Below, in pieces: positions 10,383-19,382 of a stretch of DNA of 64,000 nucleotides (its first letter is position 1; the number at the start of each line of letters is the position of its first letter). The position numbers and the translations under genes are program-made. Under the pieces are notes generated by a model. The model was given only the letters and a program-made list of their open reading frames with translations, had not been told where the DNA came from and did not search any database. The stretch is taken from the NCBI GenBank assembly GCA_029560465.1, contig JAKQKX010000073.1, positions 15,411 through 79,410 on the forward strand, in the 5' to 3' direction. Origin of the DNA: Candidatus Omnitrophota bacterium (GTDB taxonomy: Bacteria > Omnitrophota > Gorgyraeia > Zapsychrales > JANLHA01).

Positions 10383-11600
10383 CTACGTCCATCCCAGAGA
10401 CCGGTAAAAATCCGGAACCGGCCCTGACGGGCAGGCATGGCAAATCTGCAGGGCGTCCGGATACGATAACGGCAGCTGCCCTTTATAATAATCCCGAATG
10501 GATTCCTTCTGGCTCAACAGAAAACAGTGCCGGCTCGGGCGCGCGAACGCGGCCCGCAACCGCCCATAGGAAACATCGAAACCTTCCGAAGGAATATGGC
10601 CAAAAGACAACGGCGTAAAATCGCACGGGCACAGATGCCCGAAGGCGTCAATGTACAAATGCTGGATCCCCGCGCCGCAGCCATACTGGCGTCCGTCTTC
10701 AATATAAGCGAACGCCGCGACTTTAGGCCCGGACGATTTCTGGTTGGCCGTAACGTGCCATTTCTTAAGAATCAGCCGCATACGGTCATCCAGCAGGACA
10801 TCGTCTCTCCCCGAAAAAAGCTCCCCGGAGGGCATGGGCTCAACAATGCGGATTTCCGGGACTCCCAGCCCCGCCACAAAAGAAACAAACCGCGCCATGA
10901 TATCCTTCGCCAGCAGCTCCCGGCGGGCCATCACCTGAACAGCGGTATAAACCCCGGCGGACAAACACGCCTCGATCGCCTGCAAAGCCGTTGAAAAAGC
11001 GTCCGGATGGCCGCGCATCTGATTGTGCGGCAGCGGCTCATAATGATCAAGGCTGACCGCCACGTAATCCAGCCCCGCCGCCACCAACGACGTTAACCGC
11101 TCCCGGGTCAAGCCCTCCCCGCTTGTAAACAAAATACTGGCCGCCCGGTCCTTGCGGATCACGCGCAGGATATCCTCCAGGTCTTCCCTGTATAAAGGTT
11201 CACCGCCGGTCAACCCGATCAAGCTCACGCCCGCCTCCTGCAGGCGCCCTAGGATCGTCTGCCATGTTAAAGTGTCAAGCTCTTGTCCCGCCCTTTTGGT
11301 TTTACTGCAATGCCAGCAATGATACCCGCAACGGTTAGTCACCGCGCAATAAGCAGAATACGGGTACGGCTTCTTTTGATAAACCGCGATCGTACTTTTA
11401 ACCATTTCCCTGTAAGCCCCGGACCCCAGGGGAGGGAAAAAAGAATTGATAATATACTCCCCGTTCAGGCAAGTTATCTTTTCATTCTTCAGGGTACGGT
11501 GAAGCGCCCACTGCACGCGAAGCGGCAGCTGGCGGAACTCCGGGGTCCGGCCGTGGAAAAACAAAATTTTATCTTTATTAAACCCGGTGAACTGTTTCAT
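10383..11600 (-). CDS. Radical SAM protein with SPASM/twitch-type C-terminal domain
   Basis: CGYHCWHC (CxxxCxxC), LTGGEP, VSLD, C-terminal CGAG..HLYIDAFGHLCPCDF, then C and CxxC. Confidence 0.92.
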   Translation of the reverse strand: MKQFTGFNKDKILFFHGRTPEFRQLPLRVQWALHRTLKNEKITCLNGEYIINSFFPPLGSGAYREMVKSTIAVYQKKPYPYSAYCAVTNRCGYHCWHCSKTKRAGQELDTLTWQTILGRLQEAGVSLIGLTGGEPLYREDLEDILRVIRKDRAASILFTSGEGLTRERLTSLVAAGLDYVAVSLDHYEPLPHNQMRGHPDAFSTALQAIEACLSAGVYTAVQVMARRELLAKDIMARFVSFVAGLGVPEIRIVEPMPSGELFSGRDDVLLDDRMRLILKKWHVTANQKSSGPKVAAFAYIEDGRQYGCGAGIQHLYIDAFGHLCPCDFTPLSFGHIPSEGFDVSYGRLRAAFARPSRHCFLLSQKESIRDYYKGQLPLSYPDALQICHACPSGPVPDFYRSLGWT

Positions 11601-12478
11601 TTTTGAGCCACTCCAGCAACGAACCGGTGCGCTGTTGTGATTTGACCGTCGCGCATATAATCTTTTTCGATAATCTCAATAAAAGCGCGGTCACACAAAT
11701 ATTTAACGCCCGGGTCCATCATCCGGTCAAAACCGGCGCTGGCCCCGGTGTGCAGGACCCAGTTTAACACGTCCACGCCGCTCTTAAAACGGAATTCTAT
11801 CCGGCCGTCCCAGATTTCCATCGTCTTCAGTCCCGCGTTATGAAACCAGCGCCGGAGACATTCTTTGTTCTCCGGCAGGCGGAACATCAAGCTCATGATC
11901 TGGCGGATATGCTGGGGATAGCGCATCATGACTTTCATACCGGTGTTCCGGATTTCCCAAAGCGTGCTTTGCTGATTTTCTATAATGCCGACCGCGCCCC
12001 CAGGAGCCAAGACCCGGCGGATTTCTTTCATGAGCGTTTGCGGGTGGGTATACCCGATCGCCCAGCCCGCGGTCACGATATTATAAGACGCCTCCCGGGC
12101 CTGACGGATGAACGTCATCATGTCTTCCGCAACGAAGGTGCCCGGCCAGGGGGATTTCTTTTTCGCCTGCTCCAGCATCTTTTCCGAAAGGTCCACGGCG
12201 GTCAAAGAGCTGCCCGGCCCCAGGCGCCCACCGACGGCCCGGGTTAAAGTCCCGGTTCCGCAAGCCAGGTCCAGGGCTTTTAACGGCCCAGGCGGCAAAG
12301 GGATCTTTTGCGCCAAATGCAGGGCATGCGGCGCCATATATCCGGAAAAAAACTCATCATACGTCGCGGCAAGCTGATTATAATCATCGGTAATATCGCA
12401 GTCCGGCACCTTTTTCCGTGCCCCCCACAGCCAGCCGATTTTCAAAAAAAAGTAAATCCGGTGAAAAAACGAGTTCAT
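11597..12478 (-). CDS. Class I SAM-dependent methyltransferase (UbiE-like)
   Basis: ALDLACGTG, VDLSEKML, RVLAPGG; ATGA overlap with the radical SAM gene. Confidence 0.9.
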   Translation of the reverse strand: MNSFFHRIYFFLKIGWLWGARKKVPDCDITDDYNQLAATYDEFFSGYMAPHALHLAQKIPLPPGPLKALDLACGTGTLTRAVGGRLGPGSSLTAVDLSEKMLEQAKKKSPWPGTFVAEDMMTFIRQAREASYNIVTAGWAIGYTHPQTLMKEIRRVLAPGGAVGIIENQQSTLWEIRNTGMKVMMRYPQHIRQIMSLMFRLPENKECLRRWFHNAGLKTMEIWDGRIEFRFKSGVDVLNWVLHTGASAGFDRMMDPGVKYLCDRAFIEIIEKDYMRDGQITTAHRFVAGVAQK

Positions 12479-12493
12479 GCTTGTCCTTCCCTG

Positions 12494-12832
12494 TCAGCCT
12501 GAAGAGTCCGCCACCGGGCTCACGACGTAAACGTAACGTAAAAGGCCCGGGCCTGAATTCCTGATGTTATGGGGGGTGTCCGGAGGGACGTAAACCAAAC
12601 TCACCGCGTCCGCGGAAAAAATATTCTTACCGTAACAAAACACGTCGGCCCGGCCCTCCAGGATCAAGACCGCTTCTTCCCGGCCGCTGGTGACATGCTC
12701 ACCAACGGCGTCCCCGGGAGACAGCGTCACGTAACCGGACTTCATGCCGGCCGTCGACGGTTGCCCGGCCAGGAGCCGGGTAAATTTTTCAGTCCCGCCG
12801 CAGCGGACACACAAAGGCCTAAGGGTTTCCAT
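12494..12832 (-). CDS. Cupin (Cupin_2) domain protein
   Basis: PGDAVGEHVT..REE..LILEG and YVPPDTPHNIRNSG..LRY; RBS AGGAG before ATG 12832, overlapping the end of larB. Confidence 0.88.
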   Translation of the reverse strand: METLRPLCVRCGGTEKFTRLLAGQPSTAGMKSGYVTLSPGDAVGEHVTSGREEAVLILEGRADVFCYGKNIFSADAVSLVYVPPDTPHNIRNSGPGLLRYVYVVSPVADSSG

Positions 12833-13577
12833 CGCAGCTCCTGTTAAAAAGGGCGGCGACAAACCCGGCGCCAAACCCGTTATCAATATTGACCACGGTC
12901 ACGTTGGACGCGCAACTGTTGAGCATGGTTAAAAGCGGGGCGATCCCGTTAAAATTCGAGCCATATCCAACAGATGTCGGCACGCCGACCACCGGGCACG
13001 ACACCAAGCCGCCGATCACCGAAGCCAAGGCCCCGTCCATGCCCGCCACCACAATAATACAACGGCTGGATGAGATCTGATCAAAACATCCCAGCAGCCG
13101 GTGGATCCCGGCCACACCCACGTCATAAACCCGCACCACGCGGCTGCCCATCATTTCCGCCGTGACCACCGCTTCCTCCGCCACGGGGATATCCGCCGTC
13201 CCGGCGCAAACAACGCTCACCTGCCCTTTGAGGGGGACGTCTTGATCGTTAACAACGATCGTTCTGGCCTGCCGATGATATTCCGCCTTGGGGTTAATCG
13301 CCTTAATCCGGGAATAAACGGCTTCCTCGGCCCGAGTTAACAACAGGCGTTTGTTGTGGGAGGACAAGGCTTTGAAAATTTCTTCTATCTGTTCCAATGT
13401 CTTCCCCGGGCAAAGGATCACCTCCGGGAAGCCGGCCCTGAGCGCCCGGTGATGATCAACCTTGGCAAACCCAAGGTCTTCATAGGGCAGTACACGCAAC
13501 CGCTCCACGGCCGCGTCAACGGATAACTCTCCGGCCTGGACCTGTCCCAGCATTTTCTTTATCAAAGATGTTTCCAT
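12819..13577 (-). CDS. larB: Nickel pincer cofactor biosynthesis protein LarB (NaAD carboxylase/hydrolase)
   Basis: DHHRALRAGFPEVI, AGTADIPVAEE, DVGVAGIHR, AGMDGAL, PTSVGYG, MLNSCA..VTVVNIDNGFGAG. Confidence 0.95.
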   Translation of the reverse strand: METSLIKKMLGQVQAGELSVDAAVERLRVLPYEDLGFAKVDHHRALRAGFPEVILCPGKTLEQIEEIFKALSSHNKRLLLTRAEEAVYSRIKAINPKAEYHRQARTIVVNDQDVPLKGQVSVVCAGTADIPVAEEAVVTAEMMGSRVVRVYDVGVAGIHRLLGCFDQISSSRCIIVVAGMDGALASVIGGLVSCPVVGVPTSVGYGSNFNGIAPLLTMLNSCASNVTVVNIDNGFGAGFVAALFNRSCDGNP

Positions 13578-14368
13578 CGACGCACCTCGTTCATAGACCC
13601 GCTGCGGTATCCCTCCAGATCAATGCAGACATACGTTACCGGTCGTTTTTTTAAACGCTTAATAATCCCAACGCGATTTTTTATAAGAATCGGAAGCCGC
13701 CGGGGATCCGCTTCCACCCGGGCCACCGAACCATGCACCCGGACACGCACCGATTCGAGCCCGAGCCCGCGTAAAAAAGACTCGGCTTGAGCGGCGTATT
13801 TCAATGTTCCGGGCTCAATCGCCTCGCCAAAAGGAACCCGGGTCGCCAAACACGGGGAAGACGGACGGGCCCATCCGCGCAAATTCATGGATTTCGATAA
13901 TCGGCGGACCTCTGCCTTCGTCAAACCAGCTTCCTCCAACGGGCTGCGCACCCTTAATTCTTTAAGCGCCTTTCTGCCGGGACGGTCCTCGTTTAAATCA
14001 TCTCGATGAGACCCCTCGATCAGGTAACGGTACCCTTTTTGATCCCGCAGCCGGCACAAACAAGAAAAAATATGCTTCTTACAAAGATAACAACGGTTTT
14101 GGGGATTCTGTAAAATCTCCCGGGAAAAGGTCAGGTGTTTAAAACTGTGCTTAAGATTTAATTGCCGCGCCACATCCTTCGCCCACAGTTGCTCCTCCCT
14201 GGAAATAAAAGGCGTGACCACCGTCACGGCCAACACGCTTTTCCCCAGCACCTCCTGCGCCACCGCCGCTAAAAAAGCACTGTCCACCCCTCCGGAAAAA
14301 GCCACGACCGCTGATTCCATCCCGGCAAGGACGCGACGAAGAATTTTTAGTTTGTTTCCGGTGTTCAT
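13562..14368 (-). CDS. larE: ATP-dependent sulfur transferase LarE (PP-loop)
   Basis: AFSGGVDS, RCYLCK, DRPG, PSSPCLATR.P.G, VRVR.HG, DLEGYRSGSMN. Confidence 0.95.
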   Translation of the reverse strand: MNTGNKLKILRRVLAGMESAVVAFSGGVDSAFLAAVAQEVLGKSVLAVTVVTPFISREEQLWAKDVARQLNLKHSFKHLTFSREILQNPQNRCYLCKKHIFSCLCRLRDQKGYRYLIEGSHRDDLNEDRPGRKALKELRVRSPLEEAGLTKAEVRRLSKSMNLRGWARPSSPCLATRVPFGEAIEPGTLKYAAQAESFLRGLGLESVRVRVHGSVARVEADPRRLPILIKNRVGIIKRLKKRPVTYVCIDLEGYRSGSMNEVRRWKHL

Positions 14369-14459
14369 ATTCGGCTTCCGTGCTTGTTGATTTTACCATT
14401 GAATCCGTACGGCGCACAATTCAATATTTTCTTGCGGCGCGCGAGACCCGGTTCCGGCA

Positions 14460-14490
14460 AAAAAGCCCTTATACGACATAAGGGCTTTTT
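14460..14490. terminator. Intrinsic terminator (likely bidirectional) downstream of phoU
   Basis: AAAAAGCCCTTAT-acgac-ATAAGGGCTTTTT perfect hairpin with A/T tails on both sides. Confidence 0.8.
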
Positions 14491-14526
14491 GACTTCGCAG
14501 GCCAACCGTTACGGGTCATCCCAAAA

Positions 14527-15201
14527 TTATTTATCCTGAAGCCGTTCGGGGTGGTGCTTGACAACTTTCGCTTGAATCATATAAATAACATCCTCGGCGA
14601 TGTTGGTGACATGGTCGCAAATCCGCTCCAGGAACCGGGCAATAAGCAATAACTGCACTGCGCGGGGCGCCGTTGAACCGTCTTTAACCATGTAATCCTC
14701 AATCAGCTCTTTTTGAATAAGATTCCTCAACTGGTCCGCCTCCGTGTCAGAAAGCAAAACTTTCCGGGCCAACGCGATGTCGCCTTTCACAAAGGAATCA
14801 ATGGCGGCCTTAATCATATTCTGCGCGATAAAAGTGAGCTTCGGGATATCAACAAGAGGTTTTAACAACGGCTTGTCGACTATCTCTAAAGTCCGCTGGG
14901 CGATATCAACGGCGATATCGGCGATGCGCTCAAGCTCGTTGTTGATCTTCATCCCCGTTGTAATAAAACGAAGGTCTTTAGCCATCGGCTGGTAGCGGGC
15001 GATCAAATCAATGCATTTTTCGTCAATAGCCAATTCGAGCTGGTCGACATTCGTGTCGTTATTAATGACTGTTTGGGCCAGCTCCTTGTCGCGGGTTTTT
15101 AACGCTTCAACGGATTTATAAATAGCTTCTTCCGCAAAGGCCCCCATCCGTAAAATATCGTTATTTAATTCCTTTAATTCATGATCAAAATGTCGCTCCA
15201 T
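14527..15201 (-). CDS. phoU: Phosphate signalling protein PhoU
   Basis: QPMAKDLR, LERIAD, LERICDHVTNIAE. Confidence 0.97.
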   Translation of the reverse strand: MERHFDHELKELNNDILRMGAFAEEAIYKSVEALKTRDKELAQTVINNDTNVDQLELAIDEKCIDLIARYQPMAKDLRFITTGMKINNELERIADIAVDIAQRTLEIVDKPLLKPLVDIPKLTFIAQNMIKAAIDSFVKGDIALARKVLLSDTEADQLRNLIQKELIEDYMVKDGSTAPRAVQLLLIARFLERICDHVTNIAEDVIYMIQAKVVKHHPERLQDK

Positions 15202-15216
15202 TCACTCCTCCTGTTT

Positions 15217-15972
15217 TTAACCATACCGCCCGGTTATATATTCTTCCGTGCGCCGGTCTTTCGGCGCGGTAAAAATCTCGGTGGTTTTGCCGAATTCTAT
15301 TAATTCCCCCAACAGCATAAAGCCGGTGTCATCTGAAACCCGTGCCGCCTGCTGCATGTTATGCGTCACGATAATAATCGAATAATCGCTCTTGAGTTCC
15401 CGCATCAGTTCTTCAATGCGGGCGGTGGCCTGCGGGTCCAGGGTGGAGCAGGGCTCGTCCATAAGCAACACCTCCGGCTTGACCGCAATCAGCCTGGCGA
15501 CACACAACCGCTGCTTTTGCTCAAGAGACAACGACAACGCCGATGAATTCAGCTTGTCTTTGAGTTCGTCCCACAACAAAACACTTTTTAAGCTTTGCTC
15601 CACGACGGCATCGAGGGCGCTCCTCGACATGGCCCCGCTGTGGATCCTTTCCCCGAAAACAATGTTTTCATAAACCGAAAGTGGAAAAGGATTGGGACGC
15701 TGAAAAACCATGCCGACCTTTTTGCGCAACGCCACCAGGTCCATGCGGCCGGTCAGGATGTTCGCCCCGTCAATGACCACCTCCCCCGTCATGCGCACCC
15801 CATCGACAAAGTCATTCATCCGATTAAAAACCCTCAAAAGCGTCGATTTGCCGCATCCCGAGGGGCCGATGATGGCGGTGATGCGGTGTTTCTCGAAGGA
15901 CGCGTTTACGTCTTTAAGCGCGTGAAACGGCCCGTACCATAAATTCAAATTTTTCGTTACGATTTCCGACAT
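15217..15972 (-). CDS. pstB: Phosphate ABC transporter ATPase, copy 2 (degenerate signature)
   Basis: GPSGCGKST, MVFQRPNPFP, LLMDEP, VTHNMQQAAR, YITGRYG; signature reads LSLEQ. Confidence 0.95.
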   Translation of the reverse strand: MSEIVTKNLNLWYGPFHALKDVNASFEKHRITAIIGPSGCGKSTLLRVFNRMNDFVDGVRMTGEVVIDGANILTGRMDLVALRKKVGMVFQRPNPFPLSVYENIVFGERIHSGAMSRSALDAVVEQSLKSVLLWDELKDKLNSSALSLSLEQKQRLCVARLIAVKPEVLLMDEPCSTLDPQATARIEELMRELKSDYSIIIVTHNMQQAARVSDDTGFMLLGELIEFGKTTEIFTAPKDRRTEEYITGRYG

Positions 15973-16718
15973 TAACCGAATTTCCCCCGGATATAATCAT
16001 CTGTGCGCTGGTCGCCAGGGGCCGTAAACATTTTCTCCGTCGCGTCCAGCTCGATCAATTCCCCGCCTAAAAAGAAAGCGGTCCGGTCGCCCACCCGGGC
16101 GGCCTGCTTAACGTTATTGGTCACAAGGACGATCGTGTAACGGCTTTTAAGCTTGAGCATCGCGTCCTCAACTTTGGCGGTTGAGATGGGGTCAAGGCCG
16201 GAACAGGGTTCATCAAATAAAATCACTTCCGGCTCGACCGCCAGGGTCCGGGCGATACACAACCGCTGCTGCTGCCCCCCCGACAACTTAAACGCCGATT
16301 CCCCAAGGCGGTCTTTGACTTCCTCCCAAAGGTAAGCCTCCTGAAGGGCCTTCTGCACTCTTTCATCAAGGCTCTTTTTCTTCTTTTCCCCGTGCATCCG
16401 CACCCCGTAAGCCACATTATCAAAAACCGAAAACGGCAACGGCAACGGCAAGGCAAACACCATCCCAACCCTTTTCCTTAACAATTCAACGTCGACCCGA
16501 AAAAGGCCGTCCTCTCCGATCCTTATCGCCCCTTCCATCCGGTATTTGACATGAAGCTCGTTGAGCCTATTCAACATCCGCAAAAATGTCGTTTTCCCGC
16601 TGTTCGAAGGCCCGATGATGCTTAAAATCTCGTTGGCGTGAATAGCCAAACTGACCTTCTTTAAAGCCCGAATGTGCCCGAACTGGACACTCAAATCTTT
16701 GATATCAAATGTCACCAT
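15972..16718 (-). CDS. pstB: Phosphate ABC transporter ATPase, copy 1 (degenerate Q-loop and H-loop)
   Basis: GPSNSGKTT, LSGGQQQRLCIAR, LFDEP, YIRGKFG; Q-loop MVFALP, H-loop VTNN. Confidence 0.93.
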   Translation of the reverse strand: MVTFDIKDLSVQFGHIRALKKVSLAIHANEILSIIGPSNSGKTTFLRMLNRLNELHVKYRMEGAIRIGEDGLFRVDVELLRKRVGMVFALPLPLPFSVFDNVAYGVRMHGEKKKKSLDERVQKALQEAYLWEEVKDRLGESAFKLSGGQQQRLCIARTLAVEPEVILFDEPCSGLDPISTAKVEDAMLKLKSRYTIVLVTNNVKQAARVGDRTAFFLGGELIELDATEKMFTAPGDQRTDDYIRGKFG

Positions 16719-17563
16719 TTCTTTTTCTTCCGGAATTTAGAACGGATCACGATCGCGATAAGATTCATGAACAAAACCAGCGCCAATAAAACAAAAGCCG
16801 TCCCGTAACGGATCTTTTCATCAACATTAGGAACCTGCGTCGAAATCACATACAGATGATAGGGTAAAGCCATGACCTGGTCAAAAACCGAACCCGGGAG
16901 CTGCGGCAGATAAAACGCCGCCACGGTAAAAAGAATCGGCGCCGTTTCTCCCGCGGCCCTCCCCAGGCCCAGGATCGTGCCGGTCAAGATCCCGGGGATC
17001 GCGTTTGGCAAAACGATATGCCGGATCGTCTGCCACTTGCTGACCCCCAAAGACAAACTGACCTCCCGGAAAGAGGCCGGGACGCTTTCAAGCGCTTCGC
17101 GCGAAGTCGTGATGATGATCGGCAAGATCATGATCCCCAGCGTCAAGGATCCGGACAGGATCGAGGCCCCGAATTTAAAAAACACGACGAAAAGCGCTAA
17201 CCCAAACAACCCGTAAACGACCGAAGGGACGCCGGCCAAGTTCACGATCGCCAGCTTAATGATCCGCGTCAGCAGGTTGTCCTTGGCGTATTCAGTCAAA
17301 TAAACCGCGGCCAAAAGGCCGATCGGCAACGCAAAAAGAATGGCGCCGCTGACCAGGTAAAACGTCCCGATAATGGCCGGGAAAATGCCCCCGGCGCGCA
17401 TACCCTGCCGCGGGATATCAGATAAAAAGGTCCAGTTGACGGCCGGGAGCCCTTTTTGAACGATGATAACCACCACGAGCCCGACAGGCACCACGATCAA
17501 CAACGTGGCCAACAGCAAGAAGAAAAACGCAACCGCCTGTGTGCGATAAGGGTTTCTCATCAT
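16712..17563 (-). CDS. pstA: Phosphate ABC transporter permease PstA
   Basis: NLAGVPSVVYGLFG, RAAGETAP. Confidence 0.96.
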   Translation of the reverse strand: MMRNPYRTQAVAFFFLLLATLLIVVPVGLVVVIIVQKGLPAVNWTFLSDIPRQGMRAGGIFPAIIGTFYLVSGAILFALPIGLLAAVYLTEYAKDNLLTRIIKLAIVNLAGVPSVVYGLFGLALFVVFFKFGASILSGSLTLGIMILPIIITTSREALESVPASFREVSLSLGVSKWQTIRHIVLPNAIPGILTGTILGLGRAAGETAPILFTVAAFYLPQLPGSVFDQVMALPYHLYVISTQVPNVDEKIRYGTAFVLLALVLFMNLIAIVIRSKFRKKKKW

Positions 17564-18423
17564 GGCCTCCTGTGAAGGAATAAGTCGGCTGTTACGTTAA
17601 TCATAAAACTGATCACGAACAACACAATTCCGATGGCAAAAAGCGCAAAGTAGTGCTCGCTGCCCACCACGGCTTCCCCCATCTCCGCCGCGACCGTCGC
17701 GGTCAAAGTCCGGACAGGGACTAAAATGCTTTTGGGAAGGATCGCGGCATTGCCGGTGATCATCATAACCGCCATGGTTTCGCCGATCACGCGGCCGATC
17801 CCCAGCATCACGGCGGCCACAATCCCGCTCGAAGCCGCCGGAAGCATGACGCGCCAAATGGTCTGCCAGTGAGTCGCCCCCAAAGCAAAGGCGCCCTCTT
17901 TATAATTCTTAGGAACCGAATACAGCGCGTCTTCCGCAATGGAAACGATCGTCGGCATCGCCATAAACGCCAGCATGACCGACCCGGACAACGCCGTCAA
18001 GCCTGTAGGCAAATGAAAAATATTCTTAACCAGAGGGACGAGCGTGACCATGCCGACAAAACCGAGAACCACGCTCGGAATCGCCGCCAACAATTCAATC
18101 CCCGCCTTGAGGATTTCCTTGACCCGCAACGGGGCAATTTCCGCGATATAAACGGCGCACCCCACGCCAATGGGAACCGAGATGACCGCAGCCCCAATAG
18201 TAACCAGAATCGATCCGAGGATCAGGGGAAGGATTCCCAGATGAGGAGGTTCGGAAATAGGATACCATTTGTGCCCGAACATGAAATGCGAAAAACTCAC
18301 AGACCTAAAAACAGCCAACCCCTCCTTAACCAAGAAAAGAAAAATCAAAACGACAAAGAATATCGAGGCCACACCGCACGCCAAGATAAGCTTCTCTATA
18401 ATAAATTCTTTAAATTTACGCAT
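17560..18423 (-). CDS. pstC: Phosphate ABC transporter permease PstC
   Basis: ELLAAIPSVVLG, ALGAT.WQTI, GRVIGETMAV. Confidence 0.96.
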   Translation of the reverse strand: MRKFKEFIIEKLILACGVASIFFVVLIFLFLVKEGLAVFRSVSFSHFMFGHKWYPISEPPHLGILPLILGSILVTIGAAVISVPIGVGCAVYIAEIAPLRVKEILKAGIELLAAIPSVVLGFVGMVTLVPLVKNIFHLPTGLTALSGSVMLAFMAMPTIVSIAEDALYSVPKNYKEGAFALGATHWQTIWRVMLPAASSGIVAAVMLGIGRVIGETMAVMMITGNAAILPKSILVPVRTLTATVAAEMGEAVVGSEHYFALFAIGIVLFVISFMINVTADLFLHRRP

Positions 18424-18426
18424 AAG

Positions 18427-19281
18427 TTATTTCATGAGCGGGACAAAATCCATTGTCCGGACGATCTCCTGCCCTTCCGGGGAAAGCGCGAACTCAACAA
18501 ATTCCCCGACTAAGCTGGCGGGGACGCCGTTGGTGTACAAAAAAAGCGGACGGGATATCGGATATGTCCCATTCATAACGTTTTCAATCAAAGGAAGGAC
18601 ATACTCACCGCCATGCTCCTGGGCGACCGCAACCGGCTTTTGATTGGCGGAAATATAGCCCATGCCATAATACCCGATGGCGGCGGAATTCCCGGCGACC
18701 TCATCCGCGATAGCCTGGGACGATGAAAGCATCAAAGCGCCCGGGGCAAACTCCTCTTGAGAACCGGGATCATTCTTCCTTAACACATGCTCCTTAAAAT
18801 ACACATGCGTTCCAGAATTCACCTCCCGGGAGAGGATCACAATCTTCTCGTCTCTGCCGCCCAATTCTTTCCAGTTGACGATCCTTCCGGTAAAAACGGC
18901 GGCCAGCTCGTCAACGGTCAATCGGTCAACCGGGTTTTCAGGGTTAACCACAACGGCAAGTCCGTCCAAAGCCGCCTTGATCTCATTGGGATTGATTCCT
19001 CTTTTTTCGGCTAAGGCGACCTCGGTTACCTTGATATTGCGTGAACTCATGGCGATATCACACGTCCCGCTGATCAGGCTGGACAACCCCGTCCCCGACC
19101 CTCCTCCGGTAACGGCAACAAAGGAGCCGGGATTGTGTTCCATATATTTCTCCGCCCAAGCCTGGACGAGGTTCACCATCGTATCGGATCCCTTAACCTG
19201 AATCGAATTATTTCCTGACGCGGCGCAGGATACGGACAGAAACGCCAGCAGAACAACAGCCCAAAATCGTCTTTTAAACAT
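18427..19281 (-). CDS. pstS: Phosphate-binding lipoprotein PstS
   Basis: Lipobox-like SVSC, KGSDT, GGGSGTG, SREVNSGT, YPISRPLFLY. Confidence 0.95.
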   Translation of the reverse strand: MFKRRFWAVVLLAFLSVSCAASGNNSIQVKGSDTMVNLVQAWAEKYMEHNPGSFVAVTGGGSGTGLSSLISGTCDIAMSSRNIKVTEVALAEKRGINPNEIKAALDGLAVVVNPENPVDRLTVDELAAVFTGRIVNWKELGGRDEKIVILSREVNSGTHVYFKEHVLRKNDPGSQEEFAPGALMLSSSQAIADEVAGNSAAIGYYGMGYISANQKPVAVAQEHGGEYVLPLIENVMNGTYPISRPLFLYTNGVPASLVGEFVEFALSPEGQEIVRTMDFVPLMK

Positions 19282-19382
19282 ATCTCCTCCTTGAGGTTAA
19301 CACTTCGGGCGCGCCTTCAGTCTCAACGCGTTTGGCGAGGCCGCATCTTCCCGGACATCTTCCCCTATATAGAATAAAAGCA

